Below are positions 18,238 through 31,242 of a stretch of 64,000 bases of DNA, one piece after another; the first letter of the stretch is position 1; every line of letters starts with the position of its first letter. Made by a program: the position numbers and the translations under genes. This DNA is from Eledone cirrhosa (Eukaryota), in the NCBI GenBank assembly GCA_964016885.1, contig OZ024742.1, forward strand, positions 22,940,001-23,004,000. The letters run 5' to 3'. A model generated the notes under the pieces. It ran no database searches. It was not told where the DNA came from and worked only from the letters and a program-made list of their open reading frames with translations.

Positions 18238-18325
<88 letters not shown>

Positions 18326-18884
18326 TATGTGTACAGGGATACATAACTACACACACATACATACAGACATATTGTGTTTAATGATCACCCAACACAACAG
18401 TATGCCAATATATGAATCTAAAAAGCGTCATTCTAGAACCGACATTCTATGGCTGAATTTACCGTTTCATCATTAGTCCCTTATGTAAACCATTAATGCC
18501 AAACATTTTCTTCCCTGTCTTTTATCTCATGCCAAATACTATAATTTGATGCGAAGCTGTTTGGAATACTTACTATTCAGTTTTAGCATTCTGACATTAG
18601 CAAAATGGAATCAGTCTACCAGGAGTTGCGACCGGTAGGTTGTGTCAGCAATGGAGGGACCAAAAGACACATTGTTTCCTTGGTCCAATTTGAGACGTTC
18701 CTCCCCATTCGATTAGTGAATGAGGTTTGGGATCCAGTCGTTCGATTAAAAAAGAAAAAAATGGAGTAAATTAGAAAGCACTATCGAGCAAACATACTCG
18801 CTCTGTGGAGACATTCTTTGCAGTTTCAATTCTTTGTAATTATTTGAACCGTTTCACCAAATGTATATAATCTCCGTAATCCAT

Positions 18885-19150
18885 GGAGGAGCGTGACCTT
18901 GTGGTAAAGGAGTTGAACTTACAACCATAATGTCGTGGGTTCGATATCTAGATTGGGTTGTGTGTTGTGTTCTTGAGCAACATATTTCCTTTCACATTGC
19001 TATAAATAATTACGAGAAATAGCTGATGTTTTAGCCTTGTAATGGACTGACATCCTGTCCAAGGCATAGTCCTGCAATCCCAGTCGCTACACGCCAGGAA
19101 AACCACAACGAGCACCAGCCTGATGAGTCTCGGGGTTCGTGACAAACTTT
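18885..19150 (+). mobile_element. tRNA-derived SINE, family B-like
   Basis: tRNA head with GGGTTCGAT B-box, then TTGTGTTCTTGAGCAA, ATGGACTGACATCCTGTCCA and an ACCAGCCTGATGAG tail. Confidence 0.7.
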
Positions 19151-19653
19151 GACCGTTTTTCTTTTTTTAGACCTAGTCAGAAATAAAAGCAACTAAAGAA
19201 ATACGGCGTTGGTAACAAAAGAGTAAGGTTAAAATAAATATACAATTTCGTCATGAAGAATTCTAGTTTTTAAATTCTACTTGAAAATTCCAGAAATAAA
19301 ATGTTTTAGTTAATCATCCAGGGTGTAATTGTGTACTGCAAACATCGGTATAAAATCTTTCCAGAAACGATAGAATAACATTCATAGTTACATTGTGAAA
19401 GATGTAATAAAAATATTTCCGTTGATTTAAAAAGATTGACAAAAATAGTTAAAATTCCTACGAGTATCATTTAATCGCCGATATGTCTGCTATACAATGT
19501 AAAGGAACAGAATTTCAACTATTATTAAAATCATTATTTCGAAAAAATATTTTTTTCTTCGATATGAATTGCATTGTTCTGTTTCTTGGAAAATGTTTGT
19601 GGACCAAGTTTTAAAAGTGATCTCACGTGGGTAATAATTATTCGTATAATTAA

Positions 19654-20038
19654 GGCCATTAAATTTGACAAAAGCCAACAGAGTGGATACAATGTAAAGA
19701 ATATCTCCGGGCCATAGTTGGGTTGCTCTAAAGAATTTGTCAGCCTCCGAATGATGTTTTATTTCAACAATTTAGGCGGCCCGCCCTGTGCTTATGTAAA
19801 CGCAAGTTTAATTAGATCTGCTCCGGTTAGTTAATAATCATAGCATCGAACAGTGTTTTACTATATAAGAACATACATTTTTGTAAGGCGTTTACTTTGT
19901 TTTTCTAGAGCAGACCTAAATTTAGATTTTAGATTATAAACACACGGGTGTGCATATATAGACCTGTAGGGAAACCATGGCCATGAGATGTTAGTGAAAT
20001 TGTATCGACATTCTGGGCTTTTGTCAAATTTAATGGCC
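19654..20038. mobile_element. MITE with 23-bp perfect TIRs (GGCCATTAAATTTGACAAAAGCC), Kolobok- or Harbinger-like ends
   Basis: TIRs at 19654-19676 and 20016-20038, extending imperfectly to ~70 bp. Flanks are TTAA and TTCA. Confidence 0.8.
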
Positions 20039-20070
20039 TTCAATATAGTAATAATTTAACCCACGGACAT

Positions 20071-20258
20071 TGGATTGGCAGTATCGGTAGAAGGTTGGAC
20101 GCCATGCTTTGCAGCATATAGTTACGGCCCTTTATGATCTGAGCTCAAATTCCGCCGAGGTTAACTTTGCCTTTCATCCTTACGGGCTCGGTAAAATAAA
20201 GTACCAGTAATACACTGGAATAATTGCTGGCCTTGTGCGAAAAGTAGAAACAATAATA
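20071..20258 (+). mobile_element. Family A SINE, short form
   Basis: A-box, B-box, core and AGTAGAAACAATAATAA tail. Confidence 0.85.
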
Positions 20259-20319
20259 ACCCATATAAATTTTACATTCTACTTTCCTGACGGAAGTAAA
20301 AATTCCTAAAATATATTTA

Positions 20320-20950
20320 ATTCTGTCACTATAAATATTTAATTCTGTCATACGTATTTATTTCCGTAATTTTACCTATCTACCTCCGTCACTGTACATA
20401 TCTAATTCCAAAACAGTCCATATTTATTTCCGTCACTCTACGTATTTAAACCTGCCAATCTACGTATTTCTCCCGACACTCAAGGCATTTAATCCCGACT
20501 ATATACATATTTAATCCCGTCATTTTACGTATTTTGTGCCGTCACTATATATTTATTTCGTCACTGTACGTATATTTCCGACACTGTCCGTATCGAATTC
20601 CGTCATTGTACGTATCTAATCCCGTAAATCTCCGCTTTTAGCTCTACCTATGTGCATACTTAGTTCCGACACTGTACGTATATTTCCGACAATGTCCGTA
20701 TCCAATTCCGCCACTGTACGTATCTAATCCCGTTTCTCTCCGGTTTTAGTTCTACTTCTGTACGTACTTAGTTCCGACACTGTACATATATTTCCGACAC
20801 TGTACGTATCTAATTCCGTCACTGTACGTATCGAATCCCGTAACTCTCCGCTTTTAGTTCTACCTCTGTGCATATTTAGTTCCGTCACTGCACGTATATT
20901 TCCGACACTGTACGTATTATTCCGTCACTGTACGTATCTAATTCCGTCAC
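20320..20950. repeat. Degenerate ~19-22 bp minisatellite (TTCCG(T/A)CACTGTACGTAT(CTAA))
   Basis: Many tandem variants. A variant unit CTCCG.TTTTAG.TCTAC recurs at ~20630, ~20738 and ~20845, giving a ~107-bp higher-order period. Confidence 0.85.
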
Positions 20951-22224
20951 ATTTCGTGCCAACAAAGATCGATGCCCATAGTATCATATCTACGTCTAGG
21001 AAATAAGCACCAAAGAAATACTAAGGTCAGTTCCAAAGACTTGAGGTCGTGTTTTCTAGAAGTTCGTGGAGCTCTGCCAATTTCAGCAATCAATATGATT
21101 CTAAACTTCCAAAAATATTTTTCGTAGCACTATGATTTAATTCGAAAAACCAATACTAACAACATAAAAGAAGACAATAAAAGAATCAATGAAAACACAT
21201 TAACATATAAATCCTATTTATAGTGAGAGACCGACACCAATCCACTCTTTTATATCCATGGCTTTCATTGAATTTTCTTAACCCTTAATTAATGTTGATC
21301 TGACCTCTACTGTCGAACGGGGTCGATGTTATGTTTTGCAATTTAAAGAACACGACAGAACTGATAAATATTTGAATAATGCTGAAAATAGTATCGAGAA
21401 AAGTTTCACTGAGAAAGCAACTGATATAATAAATTGTTCAGTTCATGACTATGATTTTATATCAATAAAACTAAGGAAAAGAGATATGAATTATTGTAAT
21501 CTTATGAGGTTAGAATTCTGATTAAATTGTTGATGTTTTTCTATAAAATCAAACGATAGGACAATATAATATTACTTGTAGAATATATTCCTCTACTTAA
21601 TTATTATTTAGAATTATTGGATATATATACAAATGAGATGGATTTCTTTCTAAATATGCATGTCTTTTAAATATAGAACTGTATTTATTTTTTAAATAAA
21701 AAAACCTAGACGCTTAATGACATTTGAAAAGTTTACTCGGATGTGAATGTTTTATGTACAACAAACAAAATTACACACAACTCACACAAACCCGAATGTG
21801 TATACACATATATATATATAAATACACATATATATACATTCGTACATCATATATATATATATATATATGTGAAGTAATTCCATCGGAAAAGTCCAGGAAA
21901 AAAGAGTGCTCTATGTATGCAACAGAGCTTAATTATTATTATTATGTAATAAACAACATAAGGCAATTATTCCATTTACCAGTGGTTTCTTAAAAGCAAA
22001 AGGTTTTGCTTTCAATCCTCAGAATGAAAAATCCTGGTTTGTTTATTGAATATGGATTCTAAAAACAAAAATGCAATCTATATGAAAGTGAGGCTGGAAA
22101 AGGGAGAAGGAAAGGAAAAATAAAATAAAACTACACATGCAGACACACACAATAAAACACAAAAGCATACTTACACACACACACATATATACATATATAT
22201 ATATAAATGCACGCATACACGTAT

Positions 22225-22262
<38 letters not shown>

Positions 22263-22411
22263 AGAGCGTACACCTACACACACATACACATATATACACA
22301 CATATACACATACATATATTCATACATACACACACACACATGCACACACACACACACACACACATACACACACACATATATATACACATGTACACATCCA
22401 TATATATATAC

Positions 22412-22537
<126 letters not shown>

Positions 22538-23496
22538 GTGTGTACAAGCATACACATACACACACACATATATATACACACACATACATACATTCACACA
22601 AACATACAACGTACATACATACACATACATGAATGCACTCCACTACATATTAACACACACAAATAAATATAAGAAAAAAATATATAAATATATATTAACA
22701 AATTTTTGACCTACCCATCCTCGCCCCTTTACCAATCCACCCGACTGCTGCTATGCCCTCTGACTACCGCCTTGACCACTTCCTGCTGTGCGCGCACCCT
22801 ACATCTCTCCTCTTCCGACCATCTCTTCATGGAACACTCGTATGTGGAACTTGACCACCGTGGAATCTACTAACATCATAGGAGCTTACCAACATTTCAA
22901 CCCAATCCTCTTACGGAATCACCTATATAACTCACCCACACACACACCCCAAAAACATTTTTTTCTCCCACACGCCACCTACACCCACAACACGCTTAAA
23001 CCCCACACACACATGCTTTCCACCACATATTTACACCCTCAGCCTCCGGATTCCTCTCCCCCCACCCCTCTATCCACACACGCACAGGCACTCCGACCTA
23101 CACCCCACCCCACACACACCTCCTCCTGAACATGCAACCCCGTTCTTCCCCCAACCCTTGCTTTCACATACACACACACACACACACGTACACCTACACA
23201 CACACACCACCTTCAGCCCTCCCCGCTCGGACACCCCGTCTCCCTCTCTCCACTCCACCCGCAACCACCCCTACACACCCCACACCTTTCCACCACCTGT
23301 TTTACCCCTTTTTAATTTCAGTTTATTTTGATCATGCTTTTATATTTATTTTTATTTCATTTCATTTTATTTTGATCATGCTTTATTTTTATTTTTATTT
23401 TTAATTTCATTCGCACCGTTTCCTCCCACCCTCTTTCGCTATATGTCTCTCCACCACTCCCCTATACACCCTTTGAACTCTCTTCCCACACACTTC

Positions 23497-23530
23497 TCAC
23501 CTGAGGAAGGGCTTATGCCCGAAATGTCGT
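23497..23530 (+). ncRNA. PLE-type hammerhead motif (stems I/III decayed)
   Basis: CTGAGGA-A-GGGC(TTAT)GCCC-GAAA, followed by AATAAA (~23567) and (TA)n as at a pLTR 3' end. Confidence 0.6.
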
Positions 23531-23640
23531 TCCCCACCACCACCCCACTCTCCAGAGCGTGAAATTAATAAACATTCGTTGTACTGCCTCTCTGTTTTGT
23601 TCCTGTTCAAATTTTCCATTATATATATATATGTGTATAT

Positions 23641-24166
23641 ATAAATGGAAAAGAATGAAACGAAATTTCATTTCTCACTCTTAGTACGGCTGATACTTTA
23701 GTGAAAGTATGTATGTATACGTACATACATATATCTATACAGACGTACATTAGTATGTATATATATACATACATGCACACATATATATATATGTACGTAT
23801 GAGTTTACTGAACATTTTTTATAATGTTCTGTTTGTTTGTAAACAAACAGCGCGAATTACGCCGTACAGTGTTCAGGCAACCATCGTCTCCTTTTTGTTC
23901 AACACTGACACAGGAACGATGTACTAGTTTCAAGCTTATTAGCTATCGTCAGCAACGTATACCTTTCTGTCAGATGATTGAACGTCTGAAAGTATATACT
24001 TTCCTTATCCATATTAACGGCTGAGCAGACTAATTTGCATATCGAATGAGTTAGTCGCACGGCCGCACCGAAAACGATAAATGAAAAAGAGTGAAACGAA
24101 ATTTTATTTCTCACTCTTAGTTCGGGTGATACTTAAGTGTAAGTATGTATGTATACGTACATACAT
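23641..24166. repeat. ~85-bp direct repeat (23645-23730 / 24081-24166); partial inverted copy at 7134-7180
   Basis: AAAAGA.TGAAACGAAATTT.ATTTCTCACTCTTAGT.CGG.TGATACTT.AGTG.AAGTATGTATGTATACGTACATACATA occurs twice. Confidence 0.85.
23917..23957 (-). ncRNA. Minimal type I hammerhead ribozyme
   Basis: Minus strand reads CGTTG-CTGACGA-T-AGCT(AATA)AGCT-T-GAA-A(CTAG)T-A^CATCG. The core is intact, with a palindromic CTAG loop III and stem I pairing 4 of 5. Confidence 0.75.
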
Positions 24167-24204
24167 AGCCCGTATTACGCCGTCGCCTTTTTGTAGGAGT
24201 GTAA

Positions 24205-24287
<83 letters not shown>

Positions 24288-24560
24288 TGGTTACACTACA
24301 GTTAGTCCACCTGCTGTACCGGCATCAAATCTACGATTTATTAAGTAGTGAAGCATTTCGATGTTTTCTTTTCCCGGGTCTGCCAAAAGCTTGAAAGTTG
24401 CGTGGAAAAGGTGATGGTCGGAACAGCAACACATAGTTTAACGTCGTATTGCACTATAGTCGGTCGACTACTTGATCAGCAAGCGTTTTTACTAGGAATA
24501 ATTATATATATATAAATGGCGTAGACATACAATACAATACAATGGGAGGAAACATAAGTG

Positions 24561-24604
24561 TACCACTGATGATGTTGCATATCTGCAACGAAAGAACTTT
24601 GATA
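24561..24604 (+). ncRNA. Minimal type I hammerhead ribozyme
   Basis: TACCA-CTGATGA-T-GTTGCA(TATC)TGCAAC-GAA-A(GAAC)T-T^TGATA. Intact core, 6-bp stem II, 1-bp stem III, stem I pairing 4 of 5. Confidence 0.8.
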
Positions 24605-24947
24605 GACTATGTATATATATATTTATATCTGTATTTTTAACCGTTCGTCAATCAATGATAAACATTGATTGCCAAATAAATTAACCATGGAGATATAAAA
24701 GATACAGAAGCGAAAACCAACCAAACAGTGAGTGTTCTGTTATTATATCTGGCAATATTACAACAATATGACGCTCCCTAAGTATAACAATATATATATT
24801 AGAAAAGGGAAGTAAGGTTCTATACAAAACAGTGAATATAGAGTAAAGGTGAAGTTGGAAATAGCACGGAAAATATATATTACGGTCTGTTTTTCTTGTC
24901 TCCTTTCTTTGATTCGTCAAAGTGACATTAATGAAAAGCTGTCATTA

Positions 24948-27627
24948 CACCGTGTAACAAAAAAAAAAAAAGTTTTCTCTGTTGCTGGCTTGTAATCACT
25001 TTTTTTGTGTTGCTTAGGTCTCAAATAAATAAAGAAGTGCTGTTAAAAGTTTGGGTTTGTAAAAATTCTAAGCTATTCACTAGAATTATTTGTATGCTGG
25101 ATTTTACGTTGTATGTAAGTTTAATTTGTTCATGTTAAATGATTTTTTTATATATGTTTCGGGATATATTAAAATTATAAAATAAAGAGTAATACCTAAA
25201 CAAAATTATAAAAGTGCAATAAAGTATAAAATTGTTAAAAAGTGGGTTAAAGAGATTTATTGATACTGGATTTACGCACCCTGGATAAAGGTTAAGTTGT
25301 GTTTTAAGCACGAATTTTCATTAGTATGATTAGTGTTCTTTTATATTATTTAAATATGTATTTCCCTTTCCAATATTTATTTTGTATTGCATATCAAATT
25401 TATTTTGCATTTTAGGTTTCGATCATGACATTAGACTTGTAATTAAAAATTTCTTTCATTGAACTGCACTGCAATTTGGTGCTAAATATTAATTTTTGTT
25501 TTCAAAATTTGACGACTTTAGCCTGAATTACTCTGCTTATTTTACACATGTATGTTCATTGAACATGTTTTTATTTATACTTTCAGATCTATAAGATCTA
25601 TATTTTCTGACTGCATGTATTTCTATATTTTTATAATGGCTTCAAGAGGCTGCTGGGGCCACCCTGACTCTTTCTGTTTTATATGCGGTGAGTATATAAA
25701 GAAGAGAGGCAAAGAATTCTCCTTGGAAACGTCGGTGAAGGTTTGTGAAGCCTACCAGAAGTACTAGTTGCGGACCAGGACAAGCCATGGGCCCCTCAGT
25801 ACTGTCATGAGCACTGTAAGAAGACGCCGGAAGGGTGGCTGCGAGGTGTGATAAGGTCCCTGAAATTTTCCAACCCACGAGTCTGGTTAGAGCCAACAGA
25901 CTACGCCACAAACTGCTTTTTTTGCATGGTGGATGTTAGCAAGCGGCGGAAAGGAAAGAATGCTGCTGATGTAGATTATCCAGATCTTCCTTCATCAATT
26001 GCTCCAATTCCTCACTACTCCAAATATCCCGTGCCATTGCCACCTGCTCCAGATGAAGTCCAAGACAATATTCTGATGAAGAGGAGGAGATGGATGCTGA
26101 GGACTTGCATTACCTGCCTGAGGTACCAGAAAAAGTTCCTGACTTCCCAAACCAAAAAGAAGTCAATGACTTAGTCAGGGATATGTGTCTGATCAAGTCC
26201 AATGCAGAGCTATTCGTTTCCAGGATGAAGCAGTGGAACTTGGTCAAGGAGGAAGTGCAGGTGACAAGTCAGAGAAGTCGACACGAACCTTTCTCAGGCT
26301 TTTACACTCTTATGGATGGCATCTGCTTCTGCCATGACGTGCCTGGACTGTTTGACGTCATTGGGGTGCCGTTTGTGCCCAAGGAGTGGCGGCTATTTAT
26401 AGACAGCTCCACCACAAGTTTGAAGGCTGTCCTCCTCCACAATGGAAACACGTTGTCGACACTGCCTCTGGCTCATTCAGTCTGCCTGAAGGAACATTAC
26501 TACAGGGTGAAATTCCTCTTAGAAGCTCTGCAATACAACCAGTACAATTTGGAAATCATTGGAGACTTCAAGATGGTGGCTTTCCTGCTTGGACTCCAAG
26601 GAGGCTTTATCAAATGCCAATGCTTCCTCTGCATTTGGGACAGCAGAGCCACCTCTGACCACTACAAAAGAAATAACTGGGAGCAGCGAACAGAATTTGT
26701 AGTTGAAACCCGGAATGTCATGTGGGAACCACTGGTTGATCCCAGGATTGTTCTCATGCCACCACTGCACATTAAGTTGGGGTTGATGAAGCAGTTTGTG
26801 AAGGCTCTAAACCAAGAAACAACCGATTTTAAGTACCTTCTTGAGTTCTTCCCCAAGTTATCTAAGGCCAAAATCAAAGGTGGAATTTTTGTTGGATATC
26901 AGATAAAGAAGTTGTTTGAGTCTACCGGGTTCTCCAATAAGCTCAATAGCATTGAGAGAACAGCATGGAACTGTTTCAAGGCAGTTGTTAAGGGCTTCCT
27001 GGGCAACTACCAGCAACTGGTGCAGGATCTGATAAAGGCTTTTGGCGCCATGGGATGCAGGATGTCGCTTAAACTCCATATGCTGGACGCTCACCTGGAA
27101 AAATCCAAGGACAATATGGGCGCCTACTCAGAAGAACAAGGCGAACGATTCCACCAAGATGTGAAAGAGATAGAGCGGAGGTACCACGGCCACTACAATG
27201 AAAGAATGATGGGGGACTATATCTGGGGGCTAGTGCGGAAATGCGATCTGGACTACAACCGCAAATCCAGGAAATCCAGTCATTTCTGACGTGTATAAGT
27301 TGCTTTATAAGAGTTATTTGTTTTTACTTATTTGCTTTTGATAAGCTTGTGTAATAAAATAAATATATACTCTGTTGATTTAATTATATGTACTGATCAA
27401 TTTTTAAAAAAATGTGTTTTTTCTTGAAAAATATGAACATTTCAAAACATCAAACTTCTAACGACAAATCCAAACTTTTGATAAAATAATAGTGTTATGT
27501 TATAATAATAGGATATGGGAAACCAGGAACTAATACTCAGAACCGGGGAACCATAAATATATTACACGGTGTAATCTGAAGCAGTCGCTCTTATGACACA
27601 ACCACACAGTTCATGAACTACACGGTG
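24948..27627 (+). mobile_element. Chapaev3-like (CMC superfamily) DNA transposon
   Basis: The left end is TTA|CACCGTGTAA. Candidate right ends are TTACACGGTG|TAA (27571) and TACACGGTG|TTA (27627). CAC..GTG termini with TWA targets fit Chapaev3, and a transposase lies inside. The family name is from recall of motifs, not a search. Confidence 0.75.
25636..27289 (+). pseudogene. DDE transposase with an N-terminal Cys-rich domain and two frameshifts (~25765, ~26066)
   Basis: MASRGCWGHPDSFCFICGEY / DQDKPWAP / PRVWLEPTDY..NCFFC / YPDLPSSIAPIPH / WRLFIDSS.TSLKAVLLHNGN / GDFKMV..LLGLQGG..K..CFLC.WDSR / PPLHIKLGLMKQFVKAL / MSLKLH.L..H / SEEQGERFHQD, spread over three ORF pieces. Confidence 0.9.
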
Positions 27628-27930
27628 TTATTGGAAAAGACGTCTGAGCAAGGAAGAGGGGAACAAACTTACTCCAACACTTAATTTTAAATCTTTAATT
27701 TTTTGTTTTTAATTCCTATTAATTCTTTTTAATTGTAATACTCAACATTTGATAAGATGAATTTTAATAACACTTCGAAACCGGTAAAACTTTATATACT
27801 TTATTAAAATATTTAAAAAAAGAATTGTCCCTCTCATCTTTTCAATAATGTCACTTTGACGAATCAAAGATAAGAAAAAAAAAAAGAAAAACAGACCCTA
27901 AATCGTATTTTCTGTGCTATTTCCAACTTC

Positions 27931-28003
<73 letters not shown>

Positions 28004-28008
<5 letters not shown>

Positions 28009-28163
28009 AACCAGTAAGACCCCGACAGCTGAGCTCAAGCCGTTTCGACGGCTTGAGCTCAGCTGTCGGGGTCTTACTGGTTCCTATTACCCACTCTACT
28101 ACTTCAAGTATTGAGTACTTTGGTGCGTTATGGTCCACCTGGTTCCTTACCACATTTCCTTCG

Positions 28164-28166
<3 letters not shown>
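28004..28166 (+). mobile_element. Fold-back element with a perfect 40-bp hairpin (28004-28043 / 28048-28087, TTCG loop) plus tail, in (TA)n; relatives at 28685-28775 and 29158-29337
   Basis: The arms are exact reverse complements. The tail ...GGTTCCTTACCACATTTCCTTCGT is shared with the 29158 copy. Confidence 0.85.
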
Positions 28167-28220
<54 letters not shown>

Positions 28221-28352
28221 ATTATCCTAGAAGCAGTAATGGTTAATTACTACACTGGATAGGGTTGACGTACGGTGAGAGGTTACTCAACGAGTTATGG
28301 AAGAATTGTTGAAGAAACTTAGTTCCTTATCCTTCTGTATTCGGGAGTGTAG

Positions 28353-28653
28353 ATAAAGAATGAATAATAACAGGTAGACATCATAAAAAGGTAATTTATT
28401 CCGTGTGCTTACAAAGGTTTCCACGGTGGTTGTACAGCCTAGTTATGCTATGTGCAAATTTACAACTATTTGCAAAACTCACTTAAGGGTATTTACATTG
28501 TACATTTTAACCATTCTGCTCTGATGATACAGTGGTCACAGGATTTGATAACTAAGTTTTGCAAATAGTTGTAAATTTGCACATAGCATAACTAGGCTGT
28601 ACAACCACCGTGAATTACCTTTTTATGATGTCTACCTGTTATTATTCATTCTT

Positions 28654-28656
<3 letters not shown>
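28353..28656. repeat. Inverted repeat (28353-28479 / 28555-28656) carrying a split hammerhead
   Basis: The arms match apart from a ~25-bp deletion in the right arm. CTGATGA is at 28521; GAAACCTTTGTAAGCA is present only on the minus strand of the left arm. Confidence 0.85.
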
Positions 28657-28684
<28 letters not shown>

Positions 28685-28904
28685 GAACGAGTAGGACCCC
28701 GACGGCTGAGCTCAAGCCGTTTCGACGGCTAATTCTGTACTTTTTCGACGGCTAATTTAGTCCAGAATTAGCCATTAATATATCTATAGATAACTTCTTT
28801 GCCTAAACTAAATTGTTTTTTACATTGGTTATAACGTCATTTCTAATACATTTTCTATGGTAAACTACATTGAAACAGTTTTAAATACTCCTTTCTCTCT
28901 CTCT

Positions 28905-29157
<253 letters not shown>

Positions 29158-29335
29158 GGAACGAGTAGGACCCCTACGGCTAAGCTCAGTCGTTTCAACG
29201 GCTAATTCTGGACCGTCGAAACGGCATGAGCTCAGCCGTCGGGGTCCTACTCGTTCCTATTACCCACTTTGCTACCCTAGTATTGAGTACGTTGGTGGGT
29301 TATGGTCCATCTGGTTCCTTACCACATTTCCTTCG

Positions 29336-29875
<540 letters not shown>

Positions 29876-29960
29876 AAAGTTATATTTAAATTGTTGGGTT
29901 ACAACTAGTAAATATTTATAACTGATATAAAAGCACTCAACAAGTATTTGGAGTATATTT

Positions 29961-31008
29961 ACGATATTAAATAAATGGAAACTATATTTATAAAACCATA
30001 TTTATTTCATTATATATATTTCAGGGATATCATATTAACAATATGTTATGCCTTCTTCAGACAAAATACAATATAGACAGTTTTATAAATAAATAGATTT
30101 CTGATATTTTTATTAATATATTGAAATCTGTTCTCTATTTCTGCTTGATAGATAATCATGTAGAGTAAAGACAAGAATAGTATTGTTAAAATTAATATAG
30201 ACTCTATATATATGTGTATATATACACATATATGTATACTTAAATTTTTATAGCACAATGAGAATGTTCTCCGTGTGAAATAGGAGTTTGCAGGGTTGAT
30301 CACGTAAATTCACATCGATGTTTGTAGTTATCATATAAACATATGAATTTTTAAAACTAGACATAAGATCATTACTTTTCACACATTATAGATACGTGTC
30401 TCATTCATGAATACTGATATTTACATTATAGTGCCTGTTTTTTATACGAACTAATATTTCTACATTGAAACATAGGGTTTTTAAATTCTGCCTCGCCTAT
30501 GTCTGGTTACGTTTCATTTTTTCTCTATATATAACGGCTGGTTTCTCTCCTAACCACATATATCTCCCTTACATTAATACTAAATAATAAATAAATAAAT
30601 AAATAAATGTATCATTGATACGTCATTCAACGGATGTTCAACTACCTACTTTTCTCTATATATATCTATCTCTATATATATCTCTCTCTGTTTCTTTACA
30701 TGAAGTTCTTCTCTTTATCTATCTTTCCATCTCTCTATTTAGTTGCATGCATTTCTTCTTTTTCTTCGTTTTCTTTCTTTCTTTCCTTCTTTCTTTCTTT
30801 CTTTCTGTTTACAATTTTTCACTGCCAAATCAACTTTCCAAATACAAGTCGATGTTGAACGGTATGTCAAATCTATTTATTTATAAAACTGTCTATATTG
30901 TATTTTGTCTGAAGAAGGCATAACATATTGTTAATATGATATCCCTGAAATATATATAATGAAATAAATATGGTTTTATAAATATAGTTTCCATTTATTT
31001 AATATCGT
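29961..31008. mobile_element. PLE-derived element with identical 140-bp inverted arms (29961-30100 / 30869-31008)
   Basis: The arms read as exact reverse complements and each contains an HHR. The right arm ends in (TA)n. A related copy lies at 63432-63676. Confidence 0.85.
30901..30966 (+). ncRNA. Type I hammerhead ribozyme (mirror copy at 30003-30068 -)
   Basis: TATTTTGT-CTGAAGA-AGG..25 nt..CCT-GAA-AT(ATAT)AT-A^ATGAAATA. 8-bp stem I with two GU pairs and an intact core. Confidence 0.75.
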
Positions 31009-31036
31009 ATATATATATATATATATTTATATATTT

Positions 31037-31155
<119 letters not shown>

Positions 31156-31171
31156 TGGAGAGAGAGACGGG

Positions 31172-31242
<71 letters not shown>

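Larger units (their letters stand above)
24846..27935. repeat. ~95-bp imperfect inverted repeat (24846-24938 / 27838-27935) enclosing the DNA transposon
   Basis: AAGGTGAAGTTGGAAATAGCAC...TTTGATTCGTCAAAGTGACATTA against TAATGTCACTTTGACGAATCAAAG...GTGCTATTTCCAACTTCACCTT. Confidence 0.85.

Noticed and set aside
19119-19148. CTGATGA-GTC...GAC-AAAC as a hammerhead
   Set aside because: It lacks G12 and stem I/III pairing, and lies in a SINE tail.
20320-20950. CRISPR-like regular repeats
   Set aside because: The units are contiguous with no unique spacers, there are no cas genes, and the context is eukaryotic.
30250-30500. Decayed GIY-YIG coding sequence in the hairpin spacer
   Set aside because: Only faint hints (CSPC, IIVPVFY) are visible, too degenerate to call without a search.
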